From: an uncultured Candidatus Binatia bacterium
GTDB lineage: Bacteria > Desulfobacterota > Binatia > DP-6
Assembly: GCA_964618895.1 (NCBI GenBank)
Contig: CAZUDO010000063.1
Coordinates: 3,279 to 67,278, forward strand
Direction of reading: 5' to 3'
DNA: 64,000 nt
In this document: piece by piece, positions 26,123 through 36,218 of the stretch
Numbering within the stretch: position 1 is the first letter of the stretch
Layout: the number at the start of each line of letters is the position of its first letter
Translations under genes and position numbers: made by a program
The notes under the pieces: generated by a model
What the model was told of the DNA's origin: nothing
Database searches by the model: none
What the model saw: the letters and a program-made list of their open reading frames with translations, nothing else

Positions 26123-27111
26123 CACCGGCGGTCGGACTGCTTCAGCTGTCGCTGCTTGCTCTGGTGACCCTGACACTCCTCAGTTCCGTGGCGTCGGGAG
26201 CCCTCTACGTCGCTCTTCGCCGCCGCCTCGGCCGCTTGGCGCCAGGACCGCGCACGACGGCGCTCCTTCTGTGGACGGCGACCCCGGCGCTCCTCGGGCT
26301 CGTGCTGACCAGTCTCTGCTTCATCCCCTCGCTGCTCACAATTCTCGCGGGTAGCGGCGGGGACCACTGTGTTACCCACCCGGATCACCACATTCATCTC
26401 TGCCTGCTTCACCCTCCCCACGACGCCGGGAGCGTCCTCGGCTGGGCTCTGCTGGCCGCGATCGCTTCCGTTGCCGCCCTGATCTTCGGGCGCCACGCGT
26501 CGCTGCTGCAACGCGCCCGTCGCGCCCTTCGACCTCTTCTCTCGGGTGCCGAGCTCGATGGCACACGCACGGTCGCGTGGGTTCGCTCGCCGGCGCCGCT
26601 CGCGCTCACGGTCGGGGTCTTGAGGCCGCGCGTCGTCGTCTCGGACACCCTTCGACAACGACTCCCGCAGCCGTTGCTGAGGGCAGTCCTGGAACACGAA
26701 GCGGCCCACCAGCGCCGAGGGGACGTCCTTCGCAAGGCTGTCGCTTCGGTCTTTGCACTTCTGCACTGGCCGACAGTCAGAAGGCGTCTTCTGGACGACC
26801 TGAGCCTGGCCTGTGAACAGGCGGCCGACGCTGAGGCAGCCGGAAGACTCCAAGACCCGCTTCTCGTCGCCGATGCGATCCTCGCCGTCGAGCGCCTCAC
26901 GGCGAGTCATGGCCCTGAGGCATTCAGGTTCGCCGCCGCCTTCGGTGGCCCCCACCTCACCGCCCGCGTCGAGGAACTCCTCCACCCGAGTGATCCCGTT
27001 GCCGCCATCAAGTTTCGCCGCTGGATCGCTGCGGCCGCCGGTGCAGCCTTCCTCCTCGCCGAGCCGATCCATCACGTCGTAGAGACGTTTCTCACGCCGC
27101 TCGCGCGATAG
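26119..27111 (+). CDS. M56 family (BlaR1-like) membrane metallopeptidase sensor
   Basis: 'HEAAH' (HExxH), 'CEQAAD'; His/Cys loop DHCVTHPDHHIHLCLLHPPH. Confidence 0.9.
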   Translation: MTPAVGLLQLSLLALVTLTLLSSVASGALYVALRRRLGRLAPGPRTTALLLWTATPALLGLVLTSLCFIPSLLTILAGSGGDHCVTHPDHHIHLCLLHPPHDAGSVLGWALLAAIASVAALIFGRHASLLQRARRALRPLLSGAELDGTRTVAWVRSPAPLALTVGVLRPRVVVSDTLRQRLPQPLLRAVLEHEAAHQRRGDVLRKAVASVFALLHWPTVRRRLLDDLSLACEQAADAEAAGRLQDPLLVADAILAVERLTASHGPEAFRFAAAFGGPHLTARVEELLHPSDPVAAIKFRRWIAAAAGAAFLLAEPIHHVVETFLTPLAR

Positions 27112-27123
27112 GAGACCCCGGTC

Positions 27124-28410
27124 ATGCACCCGCAGCATGCTAGCATCCGGCCCGAAACACCGACCCGCTGTCGGTGTTTTGTCCTGATCGCCTCACTTGC
27201 ATGCGCCGTCCTGGCGCTATCCGTCACGGCCCGCGCAGAGGCACCGCGCCTGACCGAGGCGGCCGCGGTCGCGCGGGCGCTCTCCCGGCCGGCCCTTGCC
27301 GACGTCACGGAGGGCCGCACCGCCTTGGCGACTGCCGAGCGAGAGCGCATCCGTCGATGGCCGAACCCCGTCGCCTCCTTTCAGCACGAAGCGACCGATG
27401 GCCGGGCGGGCTCGACGGAGGACTACGCGTGGCTCTCCCAAACGTTCGACCTCGCTGGCCGTCGCTACACCCGGGCGAAAGCCGCCCAGCACCGGGTAGC
27501 CGCCGCACGTGCTGAAGGGGAGCGGATGCTCGTAAGCCGGCGCGCGGCGGTCCGGGAGCGCTTCTATGAGGCCCTCCTTGCGCAGGAGCGCGCGGCCGCG
27601 TTCGCGGCATGGCTCGCGCAGGGGACGCGCGTCGCGGGCATCATCGCGAAGCGGGCACACGCCGGGGAGGCGTCCGGATACGACCGTCGCCGCTTCCAAC
27701 GAGAAGAGACGACGGTTCGCGCCCGGTCCGCTACCGCTGACGCGGAACTCGGTCGTGCGCGATCCCAGCTCGCCGGCCTCATTGGTGAGCGCGACGCTTC
27801 CGGCGAGCCCTGGACGCGGCTTGCCGGAGCCCTTCGCCCGAGCACCGACGTGCCGCCGCTCGCCGAGTTCCTCGCGCGCCTCCCCGACCGCGCCGATCTG
27901 CAGGTCCTGTCGGAGGCGCAGCGGGCAGCGGAGCTCGACCGTGGCGCGGCGGGCCGATGGTGGCTTCCCGACCTCACCGTCGGAGCAGGGGTGAAGACCG
28001 TGGAGGCTGGCCGCGACCGGCTCACCGGCCCCTTCATCACCGCCTCGCTCCCACTTCCGCTTCTCAACCAGGACCAGGGCGACGCCGGGGAGGCCACGGC
28101 GCGTCTTCGCGTGAGCCGCGGCGAGTACACCCTCGCTCTCGAAGCGGCGGAAGCGGACGTTCGTGGACTCTGGAGCCAGACCGCCGCCCTCACCCGGGCC
28201 GCCGCAGAGTTTCGCACCGACGCCGTGCAGCCATCGACGGCCCTCGTGCGTACCGCGGAGCAGGCCTACCAGGCCGGCGAGATGGAGCTCCTGGGACTCA
28301 TCGACGCGCATCGTGGTGCCCTCGACGCCGAGCTGCAGGCACTCGAGCTCGAGATGAACGCCCGACGGACCTGGATCGAGCTCGCTCGCACTACGGGAGG
28401 AGACCGATGA
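27124..28410 (+). CDS. TolC/CzcC-like outer-membrane efflux protein
   Basis: Signal peptide; 'PNP', 'PLPLLNQDQG', 'YQAGEMELLGLIDA'. Confidence 0.9.
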   Translation: MHPQHASIRPETPTRCRCFVLIASLACAVLALSVTARAEAPRLTEAAAVARALSRPALADVTEGRTALATAERERIRRWPNPVASFQHEATDGRAGSTEDYAWLSQTFDLAGRRYTRAKAAQHRVAAARAEGERMLVSRRAAVRERFYEALLAQERAAAFAAWLAQGTRVAGIIAKRAHAGEASGYDRRRFQREETTVRARSATADAELGRARSQLAGLIGERDASGEPWTRLAGALRPSTDVPPLAEFLARLPDRADLQVLSEAQRAAELDRGAAGRWWLPDLTVGAGVKTVEAGRDRLTGPFITASLPLPLLNQDQGDAGEATARLRVSRGEYTLALEAAEADVRGLWSQTAALTRAAAEFRTDAVQPSTALVRTAEQAYQAGEMELLGLIDAHRGALDAELQALELEMNARRTWIELARTTGGDR

Positions 28411-29957
28411 GCAGCACAGTTCGAGCAGGCCTGGCGGCCTTCCTCCTCCTCGTTCTCGGCTGCCACCGCGACGACGGTGCGGCCGAAGATTCGCGCCCCG
28501 CGGAGAGTGTGACCCATTTCGCCGAGCACACCGAGCTCTTCGCCGAGTTCCGGGCACTCGTCGTGAGCCGCGAGTCCCCCGTTGCCGCACATGTCACCCG
28601 GCTCGATACCTTCAAGCCGCTCAGCGCCGGGCGGGTGACGGTGGTGCTCTCCGGCGGGGGAGGGCCCGAGGAGCGCTTTACGACCGATGCCCCGAGCGTC
28701 CCGGGCATCTTTCGGCCGGTGGCAGTTCCAGAGCAGGCGGGCCGACGTGACATCGCCGTCCTTGTCGACGGCGAGGGTCTGAGCGACCGCCACGAGCTCG
28801 GACGCTTCCAGGTCTTTCCAGACCTCGCGGCGGCAGCGGCGGCCAAGGGCGAGGGGCAACCTGAAGCGCCCGCCATCACCTTCTTGAAGGAGCAGCAGTG
28901 GCGCATCCCGTTTGCCACCGCGGCGGTCGCCGAACGGTCACTGCGCCCATCCTTTCGGGCGCACGGCGTGCTGCGCGCCCGCGCAGATGGCGAAGCCCGT
29001 CTCGCCGCCCCGGTCACTGGACGGCTGGTCACGGACCCGGCGGCGGGACCAACCATAGGCATGACGGTGACGCCCGAGACCGTGCTCGCAACGATCGCCC
29101 CGCGGCTGTCCGCGGACGCGGACCCTGCGGAGCTCGATCGCGCCGTGTCGCGCGCCCGACGCGACCTCGATCTCGCGCGCAAGGAACGCGCGCGGCTCGA
29201 GGAACTCTACCGAGGCGAGGCCGTCCCCGAGCGGCGTCTCCTCGAAACGCGCCACGCCGAGAAGGACGCCGAGGCTGACCTCGAGACGGCGCTCCACCGC
29301 CAGCAGCAATACCAAGGCGTCCATCGCACGGGCGGCAGTGAGCCGGCGGGGCGCATCACCCTGCGCTCCCCGATCCCGGGCACGCTGGTGCAGGTACGCG
29401 TCGCGCCGGGGGAATTCGTGGCGGAAGGAAGGCCGCTCTTCGACGTCGTCGACCTCGACCGCTTGTGGCTCGAGGCACACATCCCCGAGGCAAGCGTCTC
29501 GCAGGCGCGCGCGGCCACGGGGGCCTGGTTCGAGGTGGATGGTTTCCCGACACCCTTTGAGATCGACCCGCAGCGCGGCGGGCGGGTCGTCTCCCGAGGC
29601 GGCGTGGTCGACCCCGACAGCCGGACCACCACCCTCATTCTCGAAGTCCCGAACGCCGACCATGCCCTGGCCGTCGGCATGTTCGCCCACGTACACGTCC
29701 TCACCGGCGAGCGCGTCACCGCGCCCGCGATTCCCACCTCGGCGCTCGTCGACGACGCCGGGCAGAGTGTGGCCTACGTCGAGCGCGGCGGGGAGAGCTT
29801 CGAACGCCGGCCGCTCACGCTCGGCATTCGCGACGGTGACCTCGTCCAGGTCCTCGAAGGCCTCGAGCCGGGCGAGCGCGTGGTGACGCGAGGCGCGTAC
29901 TACATCCGGCTCGCCTCCGCGTCGGGCGCCGTGCCGGCACACGGCCATGCCCACTAG
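28407..29957 (+). CDS. CzcB/CusB-like RND periplasmic adaptor lipoprotein
   Basis: Lipobox 'VLGC'; 'ITFLKEQQW'; 'LRSPIPG'; C-terminal 'HGHAH'; ATGA overlap. Confidence 0.9.
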   Translation: MSSTVRAGLAAFLLLVLGCHRDDGAAEDSRPAESVTHFAEHTELFAEFRALVVSRESPVAAHVTRLDTFKPLSAGRVTVVLSGGGGPEERFTTDAPSVPGIFRPVAVPEQAGRRDIAVLVDGEGLSDRHELGRFQVFPDLAAAAAAKGEGQPEAPAITFLKEQQWRIPFATAAVAERSLRPSFRAHGVLRARADGEARLAAPVTGRLVTDPAAGPTIGMTVTPETVLATIAPRLSADADPAELDRAVSRARRDLDLARKERARLEELYRGEAVPERRLLETRHAEKDAEADLETALHRQQQYQGVHRTGGSEPAGRITLRSPIPGTLVQVRVAPGEFVAEGRPLFDVVDLDRLWLEAHIPEASVSQARAATGAWFEVDGFPTPFEIDPQRGGRVVSRGGVVDPDSRTTTLILEVPNADHALAVGMFAHVHVLTGERVTAPAIPTSALVDDAGQSVAYVERGGESFERRPLTLGIRDGDLVQVLEGLEPGERVVTRGAYYIRLASASGAVPAHGHAH

Positions 29958-29968
29958 GAGCGCCCGCG

Positions 29969-32900
29969 ATGATTGACCGCATCATTCAGTGGTCGCTGGC
30001 GAATCGCGCACTGGTACTCGCCGCTGCGGCGCTGCTGCTCGTCTGGGGAGGCTATGCGGCACTGCGGATGCCTGTCGATGTCTTCCCGGACCTCACGGCG
30101 CCGTCGGTGACGGTCATCGCGGAAGCGCACGGGATGGCCCCGCAGGAGGTGGAGTCGCTCGTGACCTTCCCCATCGAGACCGCGCTCAACGGCGCCGCCG
30201 GTGTGCGACGGATCCGCTCCGCCACCGGGGTGGGCATCGCGGTGGTCTGGGTCGAGTTTGCGTGGGGCACCGACATCTACCAGGCACGGCAGATCGTCGC
30301 CGAGAAGCTGCAGCTCGCCGAGGGCTCGCTCCCGCCCGACCTCGAGCGACCGGTCCTGGCGCCCGTCTCGTCCATTATGGGCGAGATCATGTTCATCGCG
30401 CTCACCTCCGACCACCACTCCTCGCTGGAGATCAAAACCACCGCCGATTGGGTCCTTCGGCGCCGCCTCCTTGCCGTCCCCGGCGTGTCGCAGGTCGTGC
30501 CCATCGGCGGCGACACGAAGCAGTATCAGGTGATCGCAGACCCGGAGCGCCTTGCTGCCTACCACCTCGGCGTCAACGACGTCGTCGACGCACTCCGTGC
30601 AACCAACGAGAACACCTCGGCCGGCTTCTATCAGGACGGCGGCCAGGAATACCTCATCCATGGCGTCGGCCGCGTCATCTCGCTGGACGACATCGCCGAC
30701 ACCTTCGTCGCCAGTCGAGGCGGCCAGTCCGTGCTCGTTCGTCACGTCGCCACCGTCGCGATCGGGCCCGCGCTCAAGCGCGGCGACGGCTCCCACAACG
30801 GCAAGCCTGCGGTCATCCTCGGCATCCAGAAGCAGCCCGGCGCCAACACGCTGGAGCTCACCGCACGCCTCGACGCCGTCCTCGACCAGCTTCAAGGGAC
30901 CCTGCCGGCCGGAATGACGATCAACCGCCACATCTTCCGCCAGGCAGACTTCATCGCCGTCGCGGTCCACAACGTCACGGCGGCCCTCCGCGACGGCGCC
31001 CTCCTGGTGGTCGTCGTCGTCTTCGCCTTCCTCGTCAGCTGGCGCGCGACCGCGATCACCGTACTCGCCATCCCCCTGTCGCTTCTGACCGCGGTCCTCG
31101 CGCTCGACGCGCTCGGCGCGACGGTCAACACGATGACGCTCGGCGGCATGGCCATCGCCGTCGGCGCACTCGTCGACGACGCGATCATCGACGTCGAGAA
31201 CGTCCTTCGCCGTTTGCGCGAGAATGCCGCCCTGCCCCCCGGGGCCAGGGCTGGACAGTTGAGCGTCGTATTCAAAGCGAGCAAGGAGATTCGGGGGTCG
31301 ATCGTCTTTGCCACCCTCATCATCCTGCTGGTGTTCCTGCCGCTCTTTTTTCTCGCGGGTGTCGAAGGTCGCCTCCTTCGGCCCCTTGGATTTGCCTACG
31401 TCGTCTCCCTCGCCGCCTCGCTGGCGGTCGCGCTCACTGTCACGCCGGCCCTCTGCGGCGTGCTCTTTCGCTCGACTGCTTCCTATGGACGCCACGAGGG
31501 GTCGCTCGTGCAGTGGCTGAAGACACGCTACGCGCCGATTCTCGCGTACACCCTCCCCCGCTGGCGCGCAGTGAGCGCGGTGGCGCTCGGCGGCCTCGCG
31601 GTCGCGGTCCTGGCCCTCACCACAGCCGGCCGCACATTTCTCCCGAACTTCAACGAAGGCACCCTCACCATCAGCGTCGTCACCCTCCCCGGCACGTCGC
31701 TGCGCGACTCGGGTACGCTGGGAAGGCTCGTCGAGGAGATACTTCTCGAGCACCCCGAGGTGGTGGCCACGGCACGCCGCACGGGACGCGCGGAGCTCGA
31801 CGAGCATGCGCAGGACGTGAACGCGTCCGAGATCGACGTCGGCCTGCAGATGAAGGAGCGCCCGAAGGAGGAGTTTCTGACCGCCCTCCGCCGTGCCCTC
31901 TCGGTCGTACCAGGGACGAACATCACGATCGGCCAGCCCATCTCCCACCGCATTGACCACATGCTCTCCGGCACCCGGGCCAACATCGCCGTAAAGGTGT
32001 TCGGCGAGCATCTCTTCGAGCTCAGGCGTCTGGCCGAGCAGGTGCGGCAAGCCATTCAGGGCGTCGCCGGCGTGGTCGACCTCTCGACCGAGCAACAGAC
32101 GGACATTCCGTTCCTCACCGTCACGTTCAACCGTCCCGCCATCGCACGACACGGGCTGCGCATCCGCGACGTCGCCGAAGCGATCGAAACCGCCTTTGCC
32201 GGCCAGGTGGTCTCCCGCGTTCGGGAAGGCGATGCCGCGTTCGACCTCATCGTTCGCTACCCGGAGAGCGCCCGCGGAAACCTCGAGAGCATCCGCGAGC
32301 TGCGCCTCACCACCCCGACCGGCGCGGAGCTCCCCCTGCACGCCCTGGCCGACGTACGCAAAGACCAGGGGCCCAACAGTGTCAGCCGCGAGAACGTGCA
32401 GCGGAAGATCGTGGTGATGTGTAACGTGGCCGGCCGGGACCTCGGGGGCGTCGTCGCCGACATCCAGACGGCCATCGGGCGCACCGTGACGCTCCCGCCC
32501 GGGTACCACATCGAGTACGGTGGCCAGTTCGAGAGCGCCGCCGAAGCCTCGCGCACGCTCCTCGTCCTGGGAGCCCTGGTCACGGTCGGCATCTTCGGTC
32601 TGCTGGTGCTGGCGCTCGGCTCGAGCCGGGACGCGGTCGTGGTCCTCGTGAATCTCCCCCTGGCGCTCATCGGGGGGGTCGTCGGCATCTTTCTCTCGGG
32701 CGGCATTCTCTCGGTTGCCTCGCTCATCGGCTTCATCACGCTCTTTGGCATCGCGACCCGAAACGGCCTCATGCTCGTCTCACACATCCGCCACCTGCTC
32801 CAAGTCGAGGAGGTCCGCGACTTCGCCGAGGCGGTCACGCGCGGAGCCCTCGAGCGCTTGGCACCAATTCTGATGACCGCGCTTGCCGCGGGCCTCGCCC

Positions 32901-33103
32901 TGGTACCGCTGGCCTTGGAGGCTGGCGAGCCGGGTAGCGAGATTCAGGCGCCGATGGCGATCGTCATTCTCTGCGGGCTACTGTCGTCGACGGCGCTCAA
33001 CATGCTCGTCGTCCCCGCGCTCTACTTCCGCTTTGGAGCGTTTGCGTCTCGAGCAATGGTTGCGCCTGAAGCCCCGCTTGCCAAGCACGTCGTGCCAGCC
33101 TGA
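29969..33103 (+). CDS. CusA/CzcA family heavy-metal efflux RND permease
   Basis: 'PVDVFPDL', TM4 'GALVDDAIIDVEN', 'RLAPILMTA'; 1044 aa. Confidence 0.95.
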   Translation: MIDRIIQWSLANRALVLAAAALLLVWGGYAALRMPVDVFPDLTAPSVTVIAEAHGMAPQEVESLVTFPIETALNGAAGVRRIRSATGVGIAVVWVEFAWGTDIYQARQIVAEKLQLAEGSLPPDLERPVLAPVSSIMGEIMFIALTSDHHSSLEIKTTADWVLRRRLLAVPGVSQVVPIGGDTKQYQVIADPERLAAYHLGVNDVVDALRATNENTSAGFYQDGGQEYLIHGVGRVISLDDIADTFVASRGGQSVLVRHVATVAIGPALKRGDGSHNGKPAVILGIQKQPGANTLELTARLDAVLDQLQGTLPAGMTINRHIFRQADFIAVAVHNVTAALRDGALLVVVVVFAFLVSWRATAITVLAIPLSLLTAVLALDALGATVNTMTLGGMAIAVGALVDDAIIDVENVLRRLRENAALPPGARAGQLSVVFKASKEIRGSIVFATLIILLVFLPLFFLAGVEGRLLRPLGFAYVVSLAASLAVALTVTPALCGVLFRSTASYGRHEGSLVQWLKTRYAPILAYTLPRWRAVSAVALGGLAVAVLALTTAGRTFLPNFNEGTLTISVVTLPGTSLRDSGTLGRLVEEILLEHPEVVATARRTGRAELDEHAQDVNASEIDVGLQMKERPKEEFLTALRRALSVVPGTNITIGQPISHRIDHMLSGTRANIAVKVFGEHLFELRRLAEQVRQAIQGVAGVVDLSTEQQTDIPFLTVTFNRPAIARHGLRIRDVAEAIETAFAGQVVSRVREGDAAFDLIVRYPESARGNLESIRELRLTTPTGAELPLHALADVRKDQGPNSVSRENVQRKIVVMCNVAGRDLGGVVADIQTAIGRTVTLPPGYHIEYGGQFESAAEASRTLLVLGALVTVGIFGLLVLALGSSRDAVVVLVNLPLALIGGVVGIFLSGGILSVASLIGFITLFGIATRNGLMLVSHIRHLLQVEEVRDFAEAVTRGALERLAPILMTALAAGLALVPLALEAGEPGSEIQAPMAIVILCGLLSSTALNMLVVPALYFRFGAFASRAMVAPEAPLAKHVVPA

Positions 33104-33616
33104 GCGCCGCGGGGCCTGGGTGACCGAAGCAGCTTGGAGCCGCGGTTCGCCGCGACACCCGCTGCAGCCACGATGCAGCTGTTCTAGTCTCCCGCCATGG
33201 GCGCGCCGCCGAGCAGTCTGTCATGAACAAAACAGGATCGCCCGGTCGTAGACGGCGATCTCGGTGACGCCCTGCTCGTGCCGGATGAGGACGTTAGTAG
33301 CGCGCGGGAATCCCACCCCCACGCTCTCCCGGAACCGTAACGGATCACGCCCATGACGGCGGGCTCGGCTCCTTCCGCGAATATCAGAGTGATCATCCGT
33401 CGAGACGTCCGCTTCGACCGCCGCCTGCCCTGCTCCAGCAGGAGAGGACCCGAAGGTGAAGGACATTCCTGACGGGCCATTCCACATCAGGAGCCTGTCG
33501 GCGTAGCGAAGCGCAAACGCCGCAACACGCCGCCTTTCCTACTCATGTATCACGATCGTGCAGCGTGCACTTTCAAACACTTGGCGATTACTCCGACAGG
33601 CTTTCTAGAGTCTAGC

Positions 33617-34111
33617 CTAGAGGTTCTCCTTCTGGATGAAGATACCCTTATCCACCTTCGAGAAAAAGTTCTGGTAGAAGGTCGGATCATCGATCTGCTT
33701 GACGTCGACGACCTCGCCCTTGTTGTTCATCACCTTTGCCTGGAAGTTCACGCGCACCCGGGTTTCTTTCCCAAACTCGCTGATGTTTCCCGAGCATTCG
33801 ACGATTGAGTTTTTGTTGTACCGTGCGTTCTCTCCGCCGAGCAACGTCAAGAGCACCGCGGCGCCCTTGTTCTCGACGTCGATCTCCTTAGTAGCAGTGA
33901 GAAGCCCTAAGTCGACGTTGGCATTTTTCACGATGTAGCCGTCGTCCTGCAGAACATTCAGCAGTGCCTTCATCACCATCTTGACGTCGTCGGTCTCGTA
34001 TGAACGGGTCTGGAATTCACGCACCTGCAGCTGCGTCTGCTGCGGCTGAACCCTCGGCGCGCAGCCGCCACAGAGGAGCAGAGACGCCAGGACGAGTCCT
34101 CTCTTCTTCAT
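33617..34111 (-). CDS. Lipoprotein with a probable helix-grip (BamC-like) fold
   Basis: Lipobox 'CGGC'; 'VMKALLNVLQDDGYIVKNANVDLGLLTA'; low GC. Confidence 0.8.
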   Translation of the reverse strand: MKKRGLVLASLLLCGGCAPRVQPQQTQLQVREFQTRSYETDDVKMVMKALLNVLQDDGYIVKNANVDLGLLTATKEIDVENKGAAVLLTLLGGENARYNKNSIVECSGNISEFGKETRVRVNFQAKVMNNKGEVVDVKQIDDPTFYQNFFSKVDKGIFIQKENL

Positions 34112-34122
34112 GATGGTCCTCC

Positions 34123-34533
34123 TTAGAATTTGCTAGTGTGGTACGTGAACGAGGCGACGTTATTGTTTGAGTCGAACTTGATGACGACAGTGAGCGTCTT
34201 TTGCGTGCTGGACGCCGCACCCGAGGCACTGGTCATGCCAAGAATTAAAATGCTGCCGTAGGTGCTGCTCGCCGAGTATGAAGCTTCACTGGCGATCTTG
34301 TCATAGATCCAAGTTTCCTTGCCCGTCCCATCCTTGGTGACGATGTTCGGGCTTCCGAGAGCTTCGGCCACGTCTGCCTGAGAAAGGCCAACACGGATTT
34401 CTTTTTGCACTGTACCGACGGTCATTTCCCGCTCGGCGGTGGAACCGAGGCTGCGCTGGTGTTGTGCGGCGGTGCAACCGGTGAGAGTGACTGTAACCAA
34501 TAGAGCACAGGCGAAACATCGCAGGTTCCTCAC
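34123..34533 (-). CDS. SmpA/OmlA (BamE-like) lipoprotein
   Basis: Lipobox 'LTGC'; 'IRVGLSQADVAEALGSPN...ETWIY'; low GC. Start GTG 34533 is inferred. Confidence 0.8.
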   Translation of the reverse strand: MRNLRCFACALLVTVTLTGCTAAQHQRSLGSTAEREMTVGTVQKEIRVGLSQADVAEALGSPNIVTKDGTGKETWIYDKIASEASYSASSTYGSILILGMTSASGAASSTQKTLTVVIKFDSNNNVASFTYHTSKF

Positions 34534-35036
34534 GGCTATCCCCCTTTTCTGTAACCGCGCCAAATAGGACACGAACCCGCTTTATCAAGTGATGTGCTGG
34601 TTTCCCAGAGGGCGCGTCGCGGCGTACGCACCGTCAACCCGAGCCGCCACTCACCCGAGGATCAACAGCGGGCGGGACATCACCCTTGACCGCCCCTCGT
34701 CACAGGGGTATCCGAAAGCACGCCGATCATTTAAAAGTTTCGTGGGCGCGTGAACAGCAAAGGGTAGGTACGCTCAAGCTGAAGCTCAACCGGGTCGGGA
34801 AGTGTCTACTGCGCGCCGCCTTCGAGAGAGGCAACGGACTGGAGGTGACGGTCCGAGCGGCGATTCGCCGGCCGAGAGAGCCCCCCCCCGCGGCTGCCGT
34901 TCCTCGTCCCGCTGGTGAAGAAGAATCGCGCGTAGGTGCGAGCGCGATGCTGAGGTGCTGTCACTGTCGGATCGGGCGGCGCGTCGCTACTATGTAGGCG
35001 TGTGGCGGCCGGTAGTCCGGATAACCCGCGAAAAGG

Positions 35037-36206
35037 ATGACGACGCCCCCAAACGCTGGATCGACCACGGCGCCCTACACGCTGCGACACCTCGTCGAGT
35101 ACTTCCTCCGACTCGGAACCACCGGGTTTGGCGGGCCCATCGCCCTGGTCGGCTACATGCAGCGCGACCTGGTCGAGGCGCGACGCTGGATCTCGCTCAA
35201 GGACTACAAGGAGGGGCTGGCGCTCGCGCAGCTCGCGCCCGGCCCCCTCGCGGCCCAGCTGGCGATCTACCTCGGCTGGCTCGACCACGGCGTGCTCGGC
35301 GCCACCCTGGTGGCCGTCGCCTTCGTGCTCCCCTCGTTTCTGATGGTCCTGGTGCTGGCCGCGTTCTACCTCGCCTACGGCGGGCTCTCCTGGATGCAGG
35401 GCGCCTTCTACGGCATCGGGGCGGCCGTCATCGCCATCATCGCGCGCAGCGCCTACAAGCTCACCAAGAGCACGCTCGGGACGGACCGACTCCTGTGGGC
35501 ACTCTTCCTGGTGAGCGCGCTGGTGACCGCGTGGACCGAGTCCGAGCTGGTGTGGCTCTTCGTCCTCTGTGGCGTGGTGGCGTTTCTTGCCAAGCGGAGC
35601 GCAGGCACGGCGTCCGCGCTCGCCGTCGTCCCGTGGCCCTGGCTCGTCACCGGCCTGCATGGCCCCGCATCGGATGCGACCCTCTGGCGCATCGGCACCT
35701 GCTTCGCGGAGGCTGGGGCCTTCGTCTTCGGCAGTGGCCTCGCCATCGTCCCGTTCCTGCACGGAGCCGTCGTGAACCAGCTGCAGTGGCTCACCGAGCG
35801 CCAGTTTCTCGACGCCGTCGCGGTCGCGATGATCACGCCCGGCCCGGTCGTCATCACGGTCGCCTTCATCGGCTACCTCGTCGCCGGCCCGCTCGGCGGC
35901 ACCGTGGCCGCGGTCGGCGTCTTCCTTCCGTGCTACCTGCTCGTGGTCATTCCCGCCCGGTACTTCCGGCGCTCCGTGCACGACCCACGCGTGAAAGCGT
36001 TCGTGGATGGCGTGACCGCCGCCGCCGCGGGCGCCATCGCCGGCGCGGCTGTCGTGCTCGGTCGGCGCGCGATCTTCGACATCCCGACCGCCATCATCGG
36101 CCTCGCCGCGCTCGCGGCGCTGACGCGGCTGAAGGGTGTCTCGGAGCCGGTGCTCATTCTCGCCGCCGGCGTCGTTGGCATCGTCGTGACCGCGATGGGT
36201 TCGTGA
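35037..36206 (+). CDS. chrA: Chromate efflux transporter (long-chain CHR)
   Basis: 'GFGGP', 'QLAPGP', 'FGSG', 'MITPGP'; two homologous halves. Confidence 0.93.
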   Translation: MTTPPNAGSTTAPYTLRHLVEYFLRLGTTGFGGPIALVGYMQRDLVEARRWISLKDYKEGLALAQLAPGPLAAQLAIYLGWLDHGVLGATLVAVAFVLPSFLMVLVLAAFYLAYGGLSWMQGAFYGIGAAVIAIIARSAYKLTKSTLGTDRLLWALFLVSALVTAWTESELVWLFVLCGVVAFLAKRSAGTASALAVVPWPWLVTGLHGPASDATLWRIGTCFAEAGAFVFGSGLAIVPFLHGAVVNQLQWLTERQFLDAVAVAMITPGPVVITVAFIGYLVAGPLGGTVAAVGVFLPCYLLVVIPARYFRRSVHDPRVKAFVDGVTAAAAGAIAGAAVVLGRRAIFDIPTAIIGLAALAALTRLKGVSEPVLILAAGVVGIVVTAMGS

Positions 36207-36218
36207 AGGGAGGCGGCA

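Noticed and set aside
33184-33545. Overlapping short minus-strand ORFs after the RND gene
   Set aside because: No recognisable motif or clear start; possibly a degraded gene but unsupported.
34686-34997. ORF containing 'GTLKLKLNRVGKCLLR'
   Set aside because: At most a C-terminal fragment with no credible start; mentioned only within the shared-domain finding.
34987-34997. CTAC-TAT-GTAG palindrome upstream of chrA as a BlaI/CopY box
   Set aside because: One base shorter than the TACA-NN-TGTA geometry and unlike the operator at the local blaI gene.
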